From Mobula hypostoma (Eukaryota): 64,000 nt of DNA. Every line of letters begins with the position of its first letter. Within the stretch, counting starts at the first letter, position 1. The position numbers were made by a program, and so were the translations under genes. The stretch spans positions 13,518,001 to 13,582,000 of the forward strand of contig NC_086118.1 in assembly GCF_963921235.1 (NCBI RefSeq), written 5' to 3'. The notes under the pieces were generated by a model. It saw nothing but the letters and a program-made list of their open reading frames with translations, made no database searches and was not told where the DNA came from. This document shows positions 1 through 13,342 of the stretch, piece after piece.

Positions 1-2549
1 ACAGGATGTGGACATCACCAGCAAAGCCAGAGTTTGTTATTCATCCCTAATTGTTTTTGAACTGTGGAGGCAATTTTGAGACAAACGTATTTAAATGACA
101 CGTAGAAGAACAAGATTTTTTTAAAGGAACAAATAGGAGTTTCCTTATTGGATAATGCTGTAACCGTTTTAGACTTGGCTAGATGATAGTGAAAGAGAAA
201 TTTAAGTCAGTTATTTAGACATTCACTCCCAAAACTCCAAATAAATACATAGAAAAAATAGCTCTCTCACATTACATGCCAGACCACAAAGAGTTAATTC
301 CGTCAGGGCAGCTGACACATATGCAGTATGGGTGGATTAATTTAAATTATGTATTTTAATGATGTATGCCTATGACTACAAGCTTCTGGCCATCTCCGTT
401 TTCAACTATAATTGACACCAATAACAGGCATAATACCTCATCCAAATTAATGAAGTCCAAGGAAAAAGCAGCTCATGAACTAGCTGAATTAGCCCCTCTC
501 AAATAAAACAATTATGTTTAAGATAGGTGCCTCTAATGCATTGGTATAATTTGTGAAGGTGAAGTGTGGTTCATGGGGCTGGCTGATAGGGGGTGGTGAG
601 AAAGGCTTTTATGGTAAGGACAAGGAAGGGAAATCGATTCTTATACAGCAGGTAAAATCTCTCTGAATGATCTAGATCAGACATGGATATGCTCCCTGGT
701 AATGTGGAAGATACTACTTTGTAGGTTAAATATTAAAGTAAACTGTTTGAGCGGGACTGTGGGCTTTAATTGATGATCACGTGATGGTGAACACCTAGAC
801 AGCTGGAAGCTACTTCATAGAGGTTAAGAGGCAATGCTAATTCCCTAGTCACTGGATGGCTTGATGCTTGAATTCCATAATTGGCTGGACTTCCTGTTGA
901 GTTGCCACTTCTTAGTGAATGGCTGAGGCATCACAAGTTGACAGAGTCTTGGGGTCAAATGAATAACTCTTGAGAAGTGCCAGGCTAGTTGTCATGATAG
1001 AGAATGCGTGGCAATAACCTCCCAACTCCTCTCACCCCTGTTATAGATGGTTAACAGGAAAATCAAGCCTTTTTCTCCCTAAGCAAGTAATTCTTAGCAA
1101 TTAGATTTTCAAGGCAGGAGAAGCAACTTACCTGCAGAGATATTCCTGGTAAGAGAGCATTGAAATAACTGGAACTTGCTTTTATCTATGAATAAACAGT
1201 ATGCACCTTCAGTGGGGCATAAACTGCATGCTGTAATGTGATGCTTCATTAGAAATCGTAAGCTGACTCCAAGACCCTGGCTACCTGTGCTGTCACACAT
1301 TCTCCCTCTATCCGTTCACTGAGAAATAACACCAGCGAACATCCAGCCAATTAAGGAAAACAAGTATTGTGCCATTCACGAGGGCATTAGCAGTGCCACT
1401 TTATCATCACATCTCCAGGTAAAAATGGCATCCAGCCATTTGTTACCTCATTAAATTTCACAGAATACTCTGAAGTCAAATCATTTTAGTCACAAGATTT
1501 TCTCATCCACTCCAATCTCACTGTCATTCTCCAGCATTATAAATGCCACTAAAAATGCTAGTGAAACTCTTTGGCAGCACTAATTAACTCTGAACGAGGT
1601 GGAACTTCATTACTTCAAGATTAAATGGTTGTTGGGACTTTTAAAAACATATTTTAAATTTCTCATGCAAAATAAATGCAAGAACTGAACATATGGGGGT
1701 AGAGGCAAAACGAATCCATGGGGAGGTACAATTAGATGCCTTACAATCTCAAAATTTGGTCAGTTATCTGAAGATTTCTATACTAAAGAGCATGAAAACT
1801 ATCCAGAAAACTTTCCATTTTGGTTTTGCTGCTACTCCACTATTTTACTGCCTGAATATCCATCATGATTACATTGATCAATGCTCATAAGATTAGTCAC
1901 TTTGCCTTCTTTATCTCCGTAAGCTCCTTCAACTATTAAACTTTGTATCTTCAATTCTGAAATGAAATGTCACACTGAAATGTTATTTTAGTTAATTTTC
2001 TTCTATTTTGCACGGAGTTCAAACAAAACTTGATCTGGACTTCACACTGAATTTTAGACACTGTTTCCCTTGGTACAAACTCTAACGTAATAACTCATTT
2101 TAATCTGCAAATCAGCTCGAATGTCCTGGACGAATTAGTCAGGATGAAGGTATCTCTCACAAATCTCAAGGACACAGCTGCGACTCAGCAGACTGCGTTA
2201 GCACTTAATCAAGACAAACTGTGGCTCACAGTCCTGTGATGGGAACAATTACTGCTGGTCCCCAGAGACATTGCTGCCGGTTGAATATATTCCATCCTCT
2301 ATCAACGCTCTCCATCTGTATCCTGGGAGATGGAACCCTTGAAAAATTACTGCAATGTACTAGTGGAAAACAACTTCACTGCAGGAATAGTTGCAATGGG
2401 CGAACCATTTGAGATGGAGCACCCATGCCACAGAACTTAAAGGGAGAGGACTTCATTGCCCTGCTCCAGAGCTTTGAGCGCATTACACAAATTGGCAACA
2501 AGATATGGATGCACTATTGAAGCTTTTTTTATTTGCTTGTTTGTTTGTT

Positions 2550-5078
2550 TATTTATTTATTTATTGAGATACAGCTCAGAATAGGCCCTTTGAGCTGTGA
2601 CAGCCAGCAATTCCCCAATTTAATTGACCACAACTCCCTTAGCTTCAGCACAGCTATGGAAAAGAATAAAAACAGACAAAATGGGAAAGTGCCTAACTGG
2701 GGAAGGGCTAACTATGAAGGGATGAGGCAGGAACTAGCGAGAGTAAATTGGAAACAGATGTTCAAGGGTGAAAGCACAGAAGTAAGGTGGAGGAAGTTTA
2801 GGGACCACGTGTGCTGGGTTCAGGATAGGTTTGTCCCACTGAGACAAGGAAAAAATGGTAGGAAAAGGGAACCGTGGCTGATGAAACACGTGTTGCAACT
2901 CGTCAAGAGGAAGAAGGAAGCATATGTTAGATATAAGAAGGAGGAAGCAGGAGGAGAATTATAGGGTAGCCAAGAAGGAGCTTAAGCAAGGTCTGAGGAG
3001 AGCTCGAAGGCGCTATGAGAAGGCTTTGGCATGTAGGATTAAGGAGAACCCCAAGGCATTCTATGCGTATGTGAAGAACAGAAGGATGACAAGAATGAAG
3101 GTGAGGCTGCTAAAGGATAAAGAAGGCAACATGTGCCTGGAGGCAGAGGAGGTTGGGGGGCGGTCCTAAATGAATACTTTGCTTCAGTATTCACAAGTGA
3201 AAAGAACCTTGTTCAGGGTGAGGTCAAAATAGAACAGGCCTGTGTGCTGGACAATGTGGAGATTAAGGAAGAAGTGTTGGATCTTCTTAAAAACATCAAG
3301 ATTTGTAAGTCCCCAGGGCCGGATGTGATATACCCCAGGTTGCTGTGGGAAGTGAGAGAAGAGATCACTGGAGCAGTAGCTATGATCTTTGAATCCTCTT
3401 TGGCTGCAGGGGAGGTGCCGGAGGATTGGAGAATGGCAAATGTAGTTCCCTTGTTTAAAAAAGGTAATAGGAAGAATCCTGAGAACTATAGACCGGTGAG
3501 TCTTACGTCAGTGGTCTGCAAACTATTGGAAAGGATTCTTAAGGATAGGATGTACAAGCATTTGGAGAAGTACAGTCTACTCAAGAATAGTCAACATGGC
3601 TTTATGAAGGCAAGGTCATGCGTCATGAGCCTAATCGAGTTTTTTGAAAAGGTAACAAAAGAAATTGATGAGGATAGGGCGGTAGATGTTGTCTACTTGG
3701 ATTTTAGCAAGGCATTTGACAAGGTCCCCTACTAAGGACTCATCCAGAAAGTCATGAGGCATGGGATCAGTGGAACCTTGGCTGCTGGGATAAAAAATTG
3801 ACTTATAGGAAGAAAGCAGAGAGTAGTAGTGGAAGGGAAGTATTCTGCCTGGAGGTCGGTGACTAGTGGAGTGCCGCAAGGATCTGTCCTGGGACCCCTG
3901 CTCTTCGTGATTTTTATAAATGACCTGGATGAAGAGGCGGAAGGATGGGTGAGTAAGTTTGCAGGTGACAAGAAGATTGGAGGAGTTGTGGATGGAGCAG
4001 GAGGTTGTTGAAGGTTACAAGAGGATATAGACAGGATGCAGAGTTGGGCAGAAAAGTGGCAGATGGAGTTCAATCCGGATAAGTGTGAGGTGATGCATCT
4101 TGGAAGGACAAACCAGAAGGCTGAGTACAGGGTTAATGGTCAGTTACTTAAGAGTGTGGATGTACAGAGGAACCTTGGGGTTCAAATCCATACATCCCTC
4201 AAAGTCGCTGCACAGGTTGATAGGATAGTTAAGAAGGCCTATGGGATGCTAGGCTCTTTAATTGGGGGATTGTGTTCAAGAGTAGAGAGGTCATGTTGCA
4301 ACTCTACAAATCTCTGGTGAGACCACACTTAGAGTATTCTGTTCAGTTCTGGTCACCTCATTATAGGAAAGATGTGGAAGCTATGGAGAGGGTGCAGAGG
4401 AGATTTACCAGGATGTTACCTGGATTGGAAAACAAGTCTTATGAGGCAAGGTTAGCTGAGCTGGGACTTTTCTCTTTGGAGCGTAGAAGGATGAGAGGGG
4501 GCGTGATTGAGGTCTACAAGATTATGAGAGGCATAGATGGGGTGGATAGCCAGTACCTGTTTCCCAGGGCATGAATAGCAAACACCAGAGGGCGTATGTA
4601 CAAAGTTAAGGGAGGGAAGTTTAGGGGAGACATCAGGGGTAAGTTTTTTTACACAGAGGGTTGTGGGTGCCTGGAATGACTTGCCAGGGATGGTGCTGGA
4701 GGCTAAAACATTAGGGGTATTTAAGAACCTCTTGGACAGGCACATGGATGAAAGAAAAATAGAGAGTTACGGGATAGTGTGGGTTTAGTACGTTTTTTTA
4801 AGGAATATATGGGTCGGCACAACATCGAGGGCCAAAAGGCCTGTACTGTGCTGTAGTATTCTAGTGTCTAGTGTCTTAATCTGAGCCATAATCACGTGAC
4901 CAATTAACCTATCAACTAGTATGTCTTTGGACTGTGGGAGGAAACTGGAAACCCTGGAGGAAATCCACATGGACGTGGGCAGAACATACAAACTTGCTAC
5001 AGGCCATGGTGGGAATTGCACATCGGGTTCCCTGTACTGTAATGCATTGTGCTAACCACTCTGCCACTGTGCTGCCCC
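2550..5078 (-). mobile_element. tRNA-derived V-SINE (HE1-like), split into 2550-2624 and 4876-5078 by a CR1 insertion
   Basis: The reverse complement of 4900-5078 gives a tRNA-like head (GGGCAGCACAGTGGCAGAGTGGTTAGCAC) and a V-domain-like GTGGATTTCCTCCAGGGTTTCCAGTTTCCTCCCACAGTCCAAAGAC. A (TTTA)n tail lies at ~2550, and TTAAT is duplicated on both sides of the CR1. Confidence 0.7.
2625..4875 (+). mobile_element. CR1-clade LINE, 5'-truncated, decayed ORF2 (endonuclease C-terminus plus RT)
   Basis: ORF fragments include [56 protein letters not shown] and LVRPHLEYSVQFWSP. The 3' end has (CTAGTGT)n repeats; TTAAT flanks at 2620-2624 and 4876-4880. Confidence 0.95.
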
Positions 5079-5694
5079 AGTTTTTATTAAGTTAATAATA
5101 AAAGTAATTTATATTACTTTAAAAGTAATTTATATTGTAGATAAAAACTATTCAAAGAAGAGCAGAGGAATCATCCTCAAAGTACTGGACAGCCAACACC
5201 TGAATATAAAGACCTGACATTTACTTCATTGCTGCTCCTAAGACCCTGAATGCAGATCAATTTCTGTTTCACTGGTTATATCTTCCACTCAACTGAACTG
5301 AGGATGTAATACAATTGAGAAAGTGCTATCATATATTTATGTTGAATTTCTCTTGGGAGGTAAACTTGCATTTCTTTAAAACAATATTACATAGGTTTTT
5401 ATTTGCACCTATTTTGTCAATTCATAAAATTGTAATTGTGTTAGTACAATTATAATTAGCCTGAAGAAATTGACTGATGTTTTATATGAAACCATGTTTT
5501 GAGTCTGCAAATTCTAGCACAAAATTTAGATCTACAACGCATGCTTTTGGCATCATGGGTGAATTAGCTCCAACCAGTGAAAGATGTTCAACTGGACAGC
5601 AGCATTACCAAACTGCCAAGTGATATTCCAGTGAACACCTCTAGGAATCTCACGTGGCTAGACATGGCTTGGCATACAACTGTCAAAAGTATGT

Positions 5695-5905
5695 CAAAAA
5701 CGGAAAATGTTGGATCTACTTAGCAGGTCAGGCAGCATCTATGAAGAAGGCATAGAATTAACATTCCGGTGAATGAACATTCATCAGAACTGAAAGGTCA
5801 TCAACCTGAAACACTAAATCTTTTTCCCTCTCTCCAGATTCTCTTCGATCCACTGAATATTCCCAATAACTTTATTCAATATTTCCAGCATTTTCAATGC
5901 TATTC
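5695..5905. repeat. Old fold-back Penelope-type terminal-repeat remnant
   Basis: An inverted copy (GCAGGTCAGGCAGCATCT...TTCATCAGAAC) is followed by a forward copy (TGAAAGGTCATCAACCTGAAAC...TTTCCAGCAT). Both are heavily diverged. Confidence 0.55.
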
Positions 5906-6129
5906 TGTTGAAGGGTGAGCCCTTTTAAAATTAAAGTACATGTAATGTCGCAAGGAAATGTGAGAAACCTTTGTAAATTGTAGCATCACTGCATTACAGT
6001 TAAATATCTGGTCATACCATTTTCAATAGAAGCTACATAAATTGCAGCAGTTAAAAACTCTACTTCAATATAAAGAGCAAAATTAAATCTGCAGCAAGGC
6101 ATGATTCTAGCAGCAGATTACACATAAAT

Positions 6130-7122
6130 CGATTCTAATCCAATATGTGTTCATCAAAGCCAGGTAGCCATAAAACCAAGGAAGAAAAGAAAGTCAGCAC
6201 AATAATCAAACCCCAAATCCCACCTCCCCACAAAAAAAATGAACAAAAATGGAATAGGCACATCAATCCCCAAATCTCTCCTCCCACACAAAAAAATGAA
6301 CAAAACAGATCAGGGACATCAGTACCCCCTCCCCCAGATCTCTATTCCCGCACAAAAAAATGAATAAAGTGAATCAGGCACAATGAACCCCAATTTCCTA
6401 TGCCCACACAAAATATCCCCAAGAAGATCAGGTGAAAAAACACAGAATATAAAACTATAAGTCTGATGTAAAAAGAGTCTAAAGTCCTGGGAACAGTCTC
6501 TGGGAACAGTGACACGCTCTCCACTCTCCAGTATAAAGAAACCAATTAAAAGGTAAGCAGCCGGTACTAACTCCCTGAATTCGCTTTGACGCTTCAGTTT
6601 CAATCTCTCTCATTGCTATAATCGGCGACCAGCGGAAGGTTTAATTGGTGAAATAGAGCCAAACATCTGCTTGTGTCCCAATCTTGCAGCCTGCCCACTA
6701 TGAGGTTCGCACATGTTACATCTGCCTCCTGGAGTTCTCTCAAAGACGCTGGGACACCCAAACGATCTCCAAACTTCCGCACTCGCCTTGATGTTTCAAC
6801 CATCCGCTTCACTTTAATTGTCGAACAATGGAAGCTATAGTCAGTGAAATGGGGTCAAACATTGGCTCGCGTACCATCCTGCAGCCTTCTTGCCACGAGG
6901 TTCGTTCACACTGCCTCTCTCTCCTGGAATCCTCTTGGAGACTACAGAGCACTGAAGCACCCAAAACAATCTCCAAACAGCAAAACACGGGCTCCAATGG
7001 TTCCAGAATCACATCCAAGATGAGAAATAACCGTAAAAGACATGAAAGAAGTGAAATATATGGTTTCATGATCTACCCAGAAGATGTCACCCAAAGGAGC
7101 ATTTTACACAGTTGCCATCTTG
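6130..7122 (-). mobile_element. Non-autonomous interspersed element (unclassified, LINE-like) with an internal ~57-62 bp tandem array
   Basis: Starts on the minus strand with CAAGATGGC (7114-7122), like the element at 53346. About four imperfect units of CCCCAAATC...CACAAAAAAATGAA lie at 6205-6420. No credible protein. Confidence 0.4.
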
Positions 7123-7435
7123 ACTGGAATTCCCAGTGAACAGAAACTGTCAGGTACAAACCCTGAGATAAGTTGATGATGGGAGAATGATGGGATTTTG
7201 GTCAGTGGTGCTACAGGGGGCCAGTGGTACAAATGGTGGATCTATCTATTAAAGCTGAGGGTAGCAGGCACAGGGGAGCAGCACCACTTCCTAACTTGCT
7301 CTGAAAGTGATAAACCTACCCAGAAACATATGATTATTCCTTCAGCATCACAGAGTCACAGCTTGGCAGCTCTGAGACTGTATCACCTAGCATTGATAGC
7401 AATAGTTTAAGAAACCAAGTCTACTTTCTTGAGCA

Positions 7436-8750
7436 ATACACACAAAATGCTGAAGGAACTCAGGAGACCCGTCAGGCCAAGATCCTTCAGCAGGACTGGA
7501 GAAAAAAAAGATGAGGAATAGATTTAAAAGGTGGGGGGAGGGGAGAGAGTAACACAAGGTGATAGGTGAAACTGGAAGGAGGAGGGATGAAGTAAGGAGC
7601 TGGGAAATTGATTGGTGATGAGATTCAGGGTTAGATAAGGGGAAGTCTGATAGAAGAGCACAGAAGGTCATGGAAGAAAGAAAAAGGAGGGGAAAAACCA
7701 GAGGGAAGTGATGGGTAGGCAAGGAGATAAGATGAGAGAGGGAAAAGTGGATGGGAAAGGAGGCAGGCAGCATTACTGAAAGTTCAAGATATCAGTGTTC
7801 ATGTCATCCCCAATGGGATCACACCACCAAGCACATCTTTCCCTTCCCCTCTCCACTTTCTGCTTTCTGCAGGGATTGCTCCTTACGTGACCACATTGTC
7901 CATTCATCTCTCCCCACTGATCTCCCTCCTGGCACTTATCCTTGCAATTGGAACAAATGCTACACCTGCCCCTGCACCTCCTCCCCCACAACCATTCAGG
8001 GCCCCAAACAGTCCTTCCAGGTGAGGCGACACTTCACCTGTGAGTCTGTTGGGGTCATATACTGGGTCCGGTTCTCTCAGTGTGGTTCCCTGCACATCGG
8101 TGAGACCTGACATAGATTGAGAGACCACTTTGCCGAGCATGTAAAATCTGTTCACCAGAAGAAGTGGGATCTCCCAGTTGCCACCATTTTAATTCCACTT
8201 CCAATTCCCATTCCGATATGTTAATCCATGACCTCTTCTACTGCTGCGATGAGACCACACTCAGGCTGGAGGAACAACACCTTATATTCCATCTGGGCAG
8301 CATCCAATCTGATGGCATGAACATTGATTTCTCAAGTTTCCAGTAATGGCTCCCCACCCCTCTCCTTCACCCTTACCCATCCCCTTTTCCCTCTCTCACC
8401 CTATCTCCGTGCCTGCCCAGTGCCTCCCTCTGGTGTTCCTTTCCAGCTTTTCATTCTACCATGGCCTTCTGTCCTCTCCTATCAGACTCCCCCTTCTTCT
8501 CTATCTCTTTCACCAATCAATTTCCAGGCTTTTTACTTCTCTCCCCCTCCGGTTTCACCTTTCACCTTCTCTCCCCCCTCCGCCACCCATATTTTAAATC
8601 TACTCCTCATCATTTTTTCTTCGGTCCTGCCGAAGGACTGAGCCCAAAACGTTGACTGTACATTTTTCCATAGATGCTGCCTGGCCTGCTGAGTTCCTCC
8701 AGCATTTTATGTTGCTTGGATTTCCAGCATCTGATGATTTTCTCTTGTTT
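7436..8750 (+). mobile_element. Penelope-like element 3' portion (GIY-YIG plus pseudo-LTR) with an upstream inverted partial copy (7436-7805)
   Basis: Translation gives PCNWNKCYTC, RRHFTCESVGVIYWVRFSQCGSLHIGET and HFNS...LRLEEQHLIFHLGSIQSDGMN. A pyrimidine-rich UTR and a decayed hammerhead lie at ~8622-8658. 7436-7805 is the reverse complement of the 3' part. Confidence 0.88.
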
Positions 8751-8835
8751 CTACATTCCTGAGGCTAATTGAAGATAGCCAAGTAATATTATTTTTGGAA
8801 GCGATGCCAAGGGCATTTAAAAGATATGAGGAGGA

Positions 8836-9056
8836 AGAGAGTGGTGGCTGTGTGGAACGAGCTTACAGCAGAAGTGGTTGAGGCAGGTTCAATATTGTCA
8901 TTTAAAGTTAAACTGGACGGTTATATGGACAGCAAAGGAATGGAGGGTTATGGGCTGAGTGCAGGTCGGTGGGACGAGGTGAGAGTAAGAGCTCAGCATG
9001 GACTAGAAGGGCTGAGATGGCCTGTTTCCGTGCTGTAACTGTTATATGGTTATATG
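8836..9056 (+). mobile_element. CR1 3' end fragment
   Basis: RVVAVWNEL...FKVKLDGYM, plus a 3' UTR ending in (TTATATGG)n. Confidence 0.85.
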
Positions 9057-9125
9057 ATATTTAAAAATGATATTTGGAGATGTATTTATTGATTTTGGTC
9101 ATTCATTTGATGTTGTTGACCATTC

Positions 9126-9987
9126 TGTTACACTTGTGACAAAAGAACCAGTTATCAGAAGACTGATGCCGATAAGAGAACAATGGGGGAACCTTCAAGA
9201 GATGTTAATGAGAGACGAGAGGGATTAACGGAAAGGAGACACAGTTCCCAGTATTGTCAGAGACCGGGGCTTTGAACCCTGAACTGTTTGAAATGTGATG
9301 GACAGGCGATACCCCAGCAGGGAGATAAAAAGGGACAGGTTCGCTAAGGCAAGAGACACACGACTCCACGAGGTAACGAGACCCTGAAAGCGGTGTGCCC
9401 CCCTCCTCACTAGTTGGTGGGAGTTTTTGGAGGTCTGGTCGTGGGACCAGCCATAGACGCACAGGGTAGAAAGGTATGGATCGGCGGGAACCTGGTGTGT
9501 GTGTCCACCCTTGCCTGGGTGCCGGGTTCACCGCAGAAGAACGATCGTATCTGGAACGGAGTGGTCACAGTCGGTGACCTCAGAAGACATTACAAAGGGC
9601 TCGCCTGAAAGCTGACTGCGAGGAATATCGAAGGTCTGTTTGGAATCCGATTTGAATATTCATTCGTTCTCTCTCTGCCCCCCCCCCCGCCCCCAACGGC
9701 ACAACAGCGATTACTGTGAACTGAACTGAACTCAATTGAACTGAACTTTGCGTCACTTGAAACTGGTCATTTACCCCTAGACGGCGATAGAGCTTGATTG
9801 ATCCTATTATCCTAGTTCTGTGTACATGTGTGTTTATCATTGCTAAACTGTTGCATTTATTATCCTTTTGCTTAGAGTACTGTGTTGCTTATTTCTTTAA
9901 TAAAACTTTCTTAGTTCCAGTAATCCAGACTCCTACTAAGTGGTCCATTTCTGCTGGTTTGGCAACCCAGTTACGGGGTACGTAACA
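9126..9987 (+). mobile_element. 5' LTR of a Gypsy/Ty3 (Gmr1-like) retrotransposon
   Basis: TGTTAC...GTAACA termini, AATAAA at ~9899, and a primer-binding site 5 bp downstream. The 5' boundary is less certain than the 3' one. Confidence 0.8.
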
Positions 9988-9991
9988 TAAG

Positions 9992-10009
9992 TGGGGGCTC
10001 GTCTGGGAT
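9992..10009 (+). promoter_or_regulatory. Primer-binding site complementary to the tRNA-Pro 3' end
   Basis: TGGGGGCTCGTCTGGGAT has one mismatch to the canonical TGGGGGCTCGTCCGGGAT. Confidence 0.9.
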
Positions 10010-10085
10010 TTCAAACGCTAAATTTGGGACAGGGTAAATTGATTGGGTTAAAATTCCTGAAAGAAAGAAAAGGCAAACAGCAGAA

Positions 10086-11815
10086 ATGGAGATTGAGGAA
10101 TATCTAAAGGCGCCAACCTTGGAGGCATTAGAGGATGCCAGGAAAGTGGAATTGGCAGCTGTGGCCAAACGGTTGAATCTTGTTAAGGGGAAGTCGACAA
10201 TGAGGAAAGAGGAAATACACAGAGCTATCGTAGAGCACTATGTATCTAAAGGTGTGTTTCCCCAAGGGGAGCTGGAGGTGGTATCTATGGGAAAACCTGG
10301 TGGAGACGCAGTACAGGTGCAGACTGAAAAACTGAGACTTGAGCATGAGTTCCGGGTACAGCAGCTAGAACACGAAGAAAAATAGTTAGAACGGCAAGAG
10401 AGAGAGAGAGAGACAGTTAGAACGGCAAGAGAGAGAGGCACAAACAGTTGGAGCGAGAAGAGAAACAGAGGGAAAGGGAATTCGAGCTGGAGAGGTTAAA
10501 GATAAGGGCAGAGCAGGGGCCCATGCCGAACCAAGATGGAGGGTTCAGGGCGACCCAGGAGGTTAGGCTGGTTCCCCCATTTGACAATACCGATGTTGAT
10601 CGGTAGTTTCTCCATTTCGAAAAAGTTTCTGCAAGTCAGGACTGGCCGAGGGATAAGTGGGCTGCTTTGCTTCAGAGTGTACTTAAAGGAAAGGCCCAAC
10701 AAGCTTACTCGGCTTTGTCCGCAGAAGATGCCCAGAGGTATGAGGTGGTGAAAGAGGCCATCCTCAGGATTTATGAGTTGGTCCCGGAGGCATACCGGCA
10801 GAGATTCTGGAATGCGAGGAAGCCATGGGGCCACACGTATTTAGAGTTTGCCCGTGAGATGCAGACATATTGTGAGCGTTGGTGCGCCTCGAAGGGGGTA
10901 AATGGGGATTATGACAGACTGCTACAGCTGATCCTGATTGAGCAGTTTAAAGGTTGTCCCTGACGGTATGAGACCCTACCTAGATGAGAAAGAGGCAGAC
11001 ACTTTAGCCGCAACTGCAAAGTTAGCGGATGAGTACGCGTTGACACATAAAACGAAGTTTTCCCCGAGTAAAGGCTACCAGAAGGGTAGTCAGCACGGCG
11101 GGGAGAGTCCGCCAGAAAAGTCAGAAAGTAAGCCGGGGACTAGTGAGAAGGATAAGGTAGACCGGGAGCAGTCTGGTAGGAAGTCTCCTGGGGTGGTATG
11201 TTATAATTGTGGGAAAGCCGGACACTTTGCGTCCAGGTGCTTTGCCCCAAAGAAGGAGACGGGAAAGGGAAAGGTAGCATTTCCGACTGGCTGTATTGAG
11301 CTGGTAAACCAACCGCTAGGAGAGGAGAGGGCTAACAAAGTTCAGGAAGGGCGCGAGAGGTTTATCTCGGCTGGATTGGTGTCGGTGAAGGAGGGGTTAA
11401 ACCCAGTTCCAGTGGGGATCTGGAGAGACACGGGAGCATGTCAGTCATTGATAGTAAAGAGTGTGTTAGAGTTTAGTTCAGAGACACAGACTGGGGAGGT
11501 CAGGGTCAAAGGCATTGGGCAAGGGACTGAGGCAGTACCGTTGCACCAGATACACCTAAAAAGCGACTTGGTCTCTGGACCGGTCACGATAGGGGTGAGG
11601 CTCGAACTACCGATGAAAGGCGTGGAGATCTTGCTCGGTAATGACCTCGCCGGCGGGGAAGTGCATCCGGCAGTAAAATTGACAGGCCCGCCTGCCAGCA
11701 TTAAGGCCCCGTCCATGGACTCACAGGGTTATCCCGTTTGCGCAGTGACTCAGCGTATGTCCAGAAAGACTGTCGAAATAGCTCCAGCTGAGACGTTTTA
11801 CCAGCCTTGTACCAG
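10086..11815 (+). pseudogene. Gypsy gag-protease (SCAN-like capsid, CCHC knuckle, aspartic protease); disrupted and 3'-truncated
   Basis: Contains YELVPEAYRQRF...RW...LILIEQF (SCAN-like), CYNCGKAGHFASRC, RDTGACQSL and LLGNDLAGG. Stops and frameshifts separate the ORFs, and no pol or 3' LTR follows. Confidence 0.88.
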
Positions 11816-12759
11816 TGTCAGTGGAATGTCTTTTATAGCTTTGGCAGCCAGCAAAGCTTGGCCCACTTATTTAGAGGCAATGCCTTGTTCAGGCCCCTGC
11901 TTTTGTGATAGTATTTGCAATGTAATGACAAGGAACAGTTATCTGCAATTCAGTTCAGAGAATCTGCAACGATGACCTGGAGTCAATTACTGCTGACAGA
12001 AAATCCCGACACAATGATTCCCACAGATGTTTATGCCTTCCAGCTGGATGACTGGAACAAATCCCAACCACAGACCAGGTGAAGAGGCCCAACTCCAAAT
12101 ATTGATGTCGATTTCTCTCCATAGACGCTGCCTGATCCATTGAATTCCTACAGCATCATGTATGTTGCTCTAACCACAGTATAGTTTGCTGAAAAAAGGT
12201 GGATTGCTGTAGCAAGTAAAAAGGACGTAATAATAACATTATACAATGCAGTAAGTTCAGTGCTGAAGTATAAAGGGACTGATGCACTTGGCGGAACACA
12301 AGACAGAGGCCAAGTCAGAAATTAAATCAGAAGAAAGAAACAGACTGTGTAAAGGTTAAGTAGGCTAGGTCCGATCCTTTCCCTTACAGTGTTCCAGTGA
12401 CATCAGAATCTTATTAATTAAGGACAAAGGGACAGCAGGCAGGAATAATACTTGGGAGGTGGGCTAAAGTGAGCACATCTTGAAAGGAGAATGCAACAGG
12501 AAAGAATCCTATTAATCATTCTTACAGTGTTGAGAAGCAGCAGGTAGGGATCAGTAAGTTCTTTGAAGTCTATTGAAATGAGTTACTTGTGAATTAGCCC
12601 TCGGGGAATTTCATATCATCTCAGAAGCATACTGATGTCTGCATCAATGGGAGCAGGAATATGTGAAGGTGATCTGACACCTGGCAGTGGAGTGCAGTTT
12701 ACCTGTTGCTTTATAGCGCTGGGGGAATCGATAATGGATGAATGCAAGTGAGAGACAGA

Positions 12760-12900
12760 ACCAGAGGAAGGGAGAGGTTGGGTGAGAGGATAGAGAGGAA
12801 GGGAGAGGAGGAAGGAGGGGAGGGGCAAAGGGGGAGAAGGGAAGAGGGAAAGAAGGAAGAAGAGGGGAGAGGGAGAGTAAGAGAAGGAAAGAGAGAGAGA
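12760..12900 (+). repeat. Purine-rich (GA) low-complexity tract
   Basis: Almost only G and A over about 140 bp. Confidence 0.9.
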
Positions 12901-12911
12901 TTCCATTTCAG

Positions 12912-13342
12912 GTCAGAATCAGAATCAGGTTTATTATCACCAGCATGTGACGTGAAATTTGTTAACTTAGCAGCAGCAGTTCAATGCAATACATAATCTA
13001 GCAGAGAGAGAAAATAATAATAATAATAAATAAAATAAAACATAATAATAAATAAACAAGTAAATCAATTACGTATATTGAACAGATTTTTTAAAATGTG
13101 CAGAAACAGAAATACTGTACATTAAAGAAAGTGAGGTAGTGTCCAAAGCTTTAATGTCCATTTAGGAATCAGACGGCAGAGGGGAAGAAGCTGTTCCTGA
13201 ATTGCTGAGTGTGTGCTTTCAGGCTTCTGTACCTCCTACCTGATGGTATCAGTGAGAAAAGGGCATGCTGGAGGTCTTTAATAATGGACGCTGCCTTTCT
13301 GAGACACCACTCCCTAAAGATGTCCTGGGTAATTTGTAGGTT
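12912..13342 (-). mobile_element. Rex1/Babar LINE 3' fragment
   Basis: Has an (AGAATC)n tail and 3' UTR closely matching the copy starting at 25764. Confidence 0.8.

Noticed and set aside
6205..6420. Spaced repeats resembling a CRISPR array
   Set aside because: These are degenerate tandem units without unique spacers, in a eukaryotic repeat context with no cas genes.
10938..11975. 345-aa ORF as an intact or novel fusion gene
   Set aside because: It is Gypsy gag-protease reading through the truncation point (~11815) into unrelated flank, and the upstream gag has stops and frameshifts.
12616..12996. Pro/Ser-rich and Glu/Gly/Arg-rich ORFs
   Set aside because: Artefacts of the GA-rich low-complexity tract.
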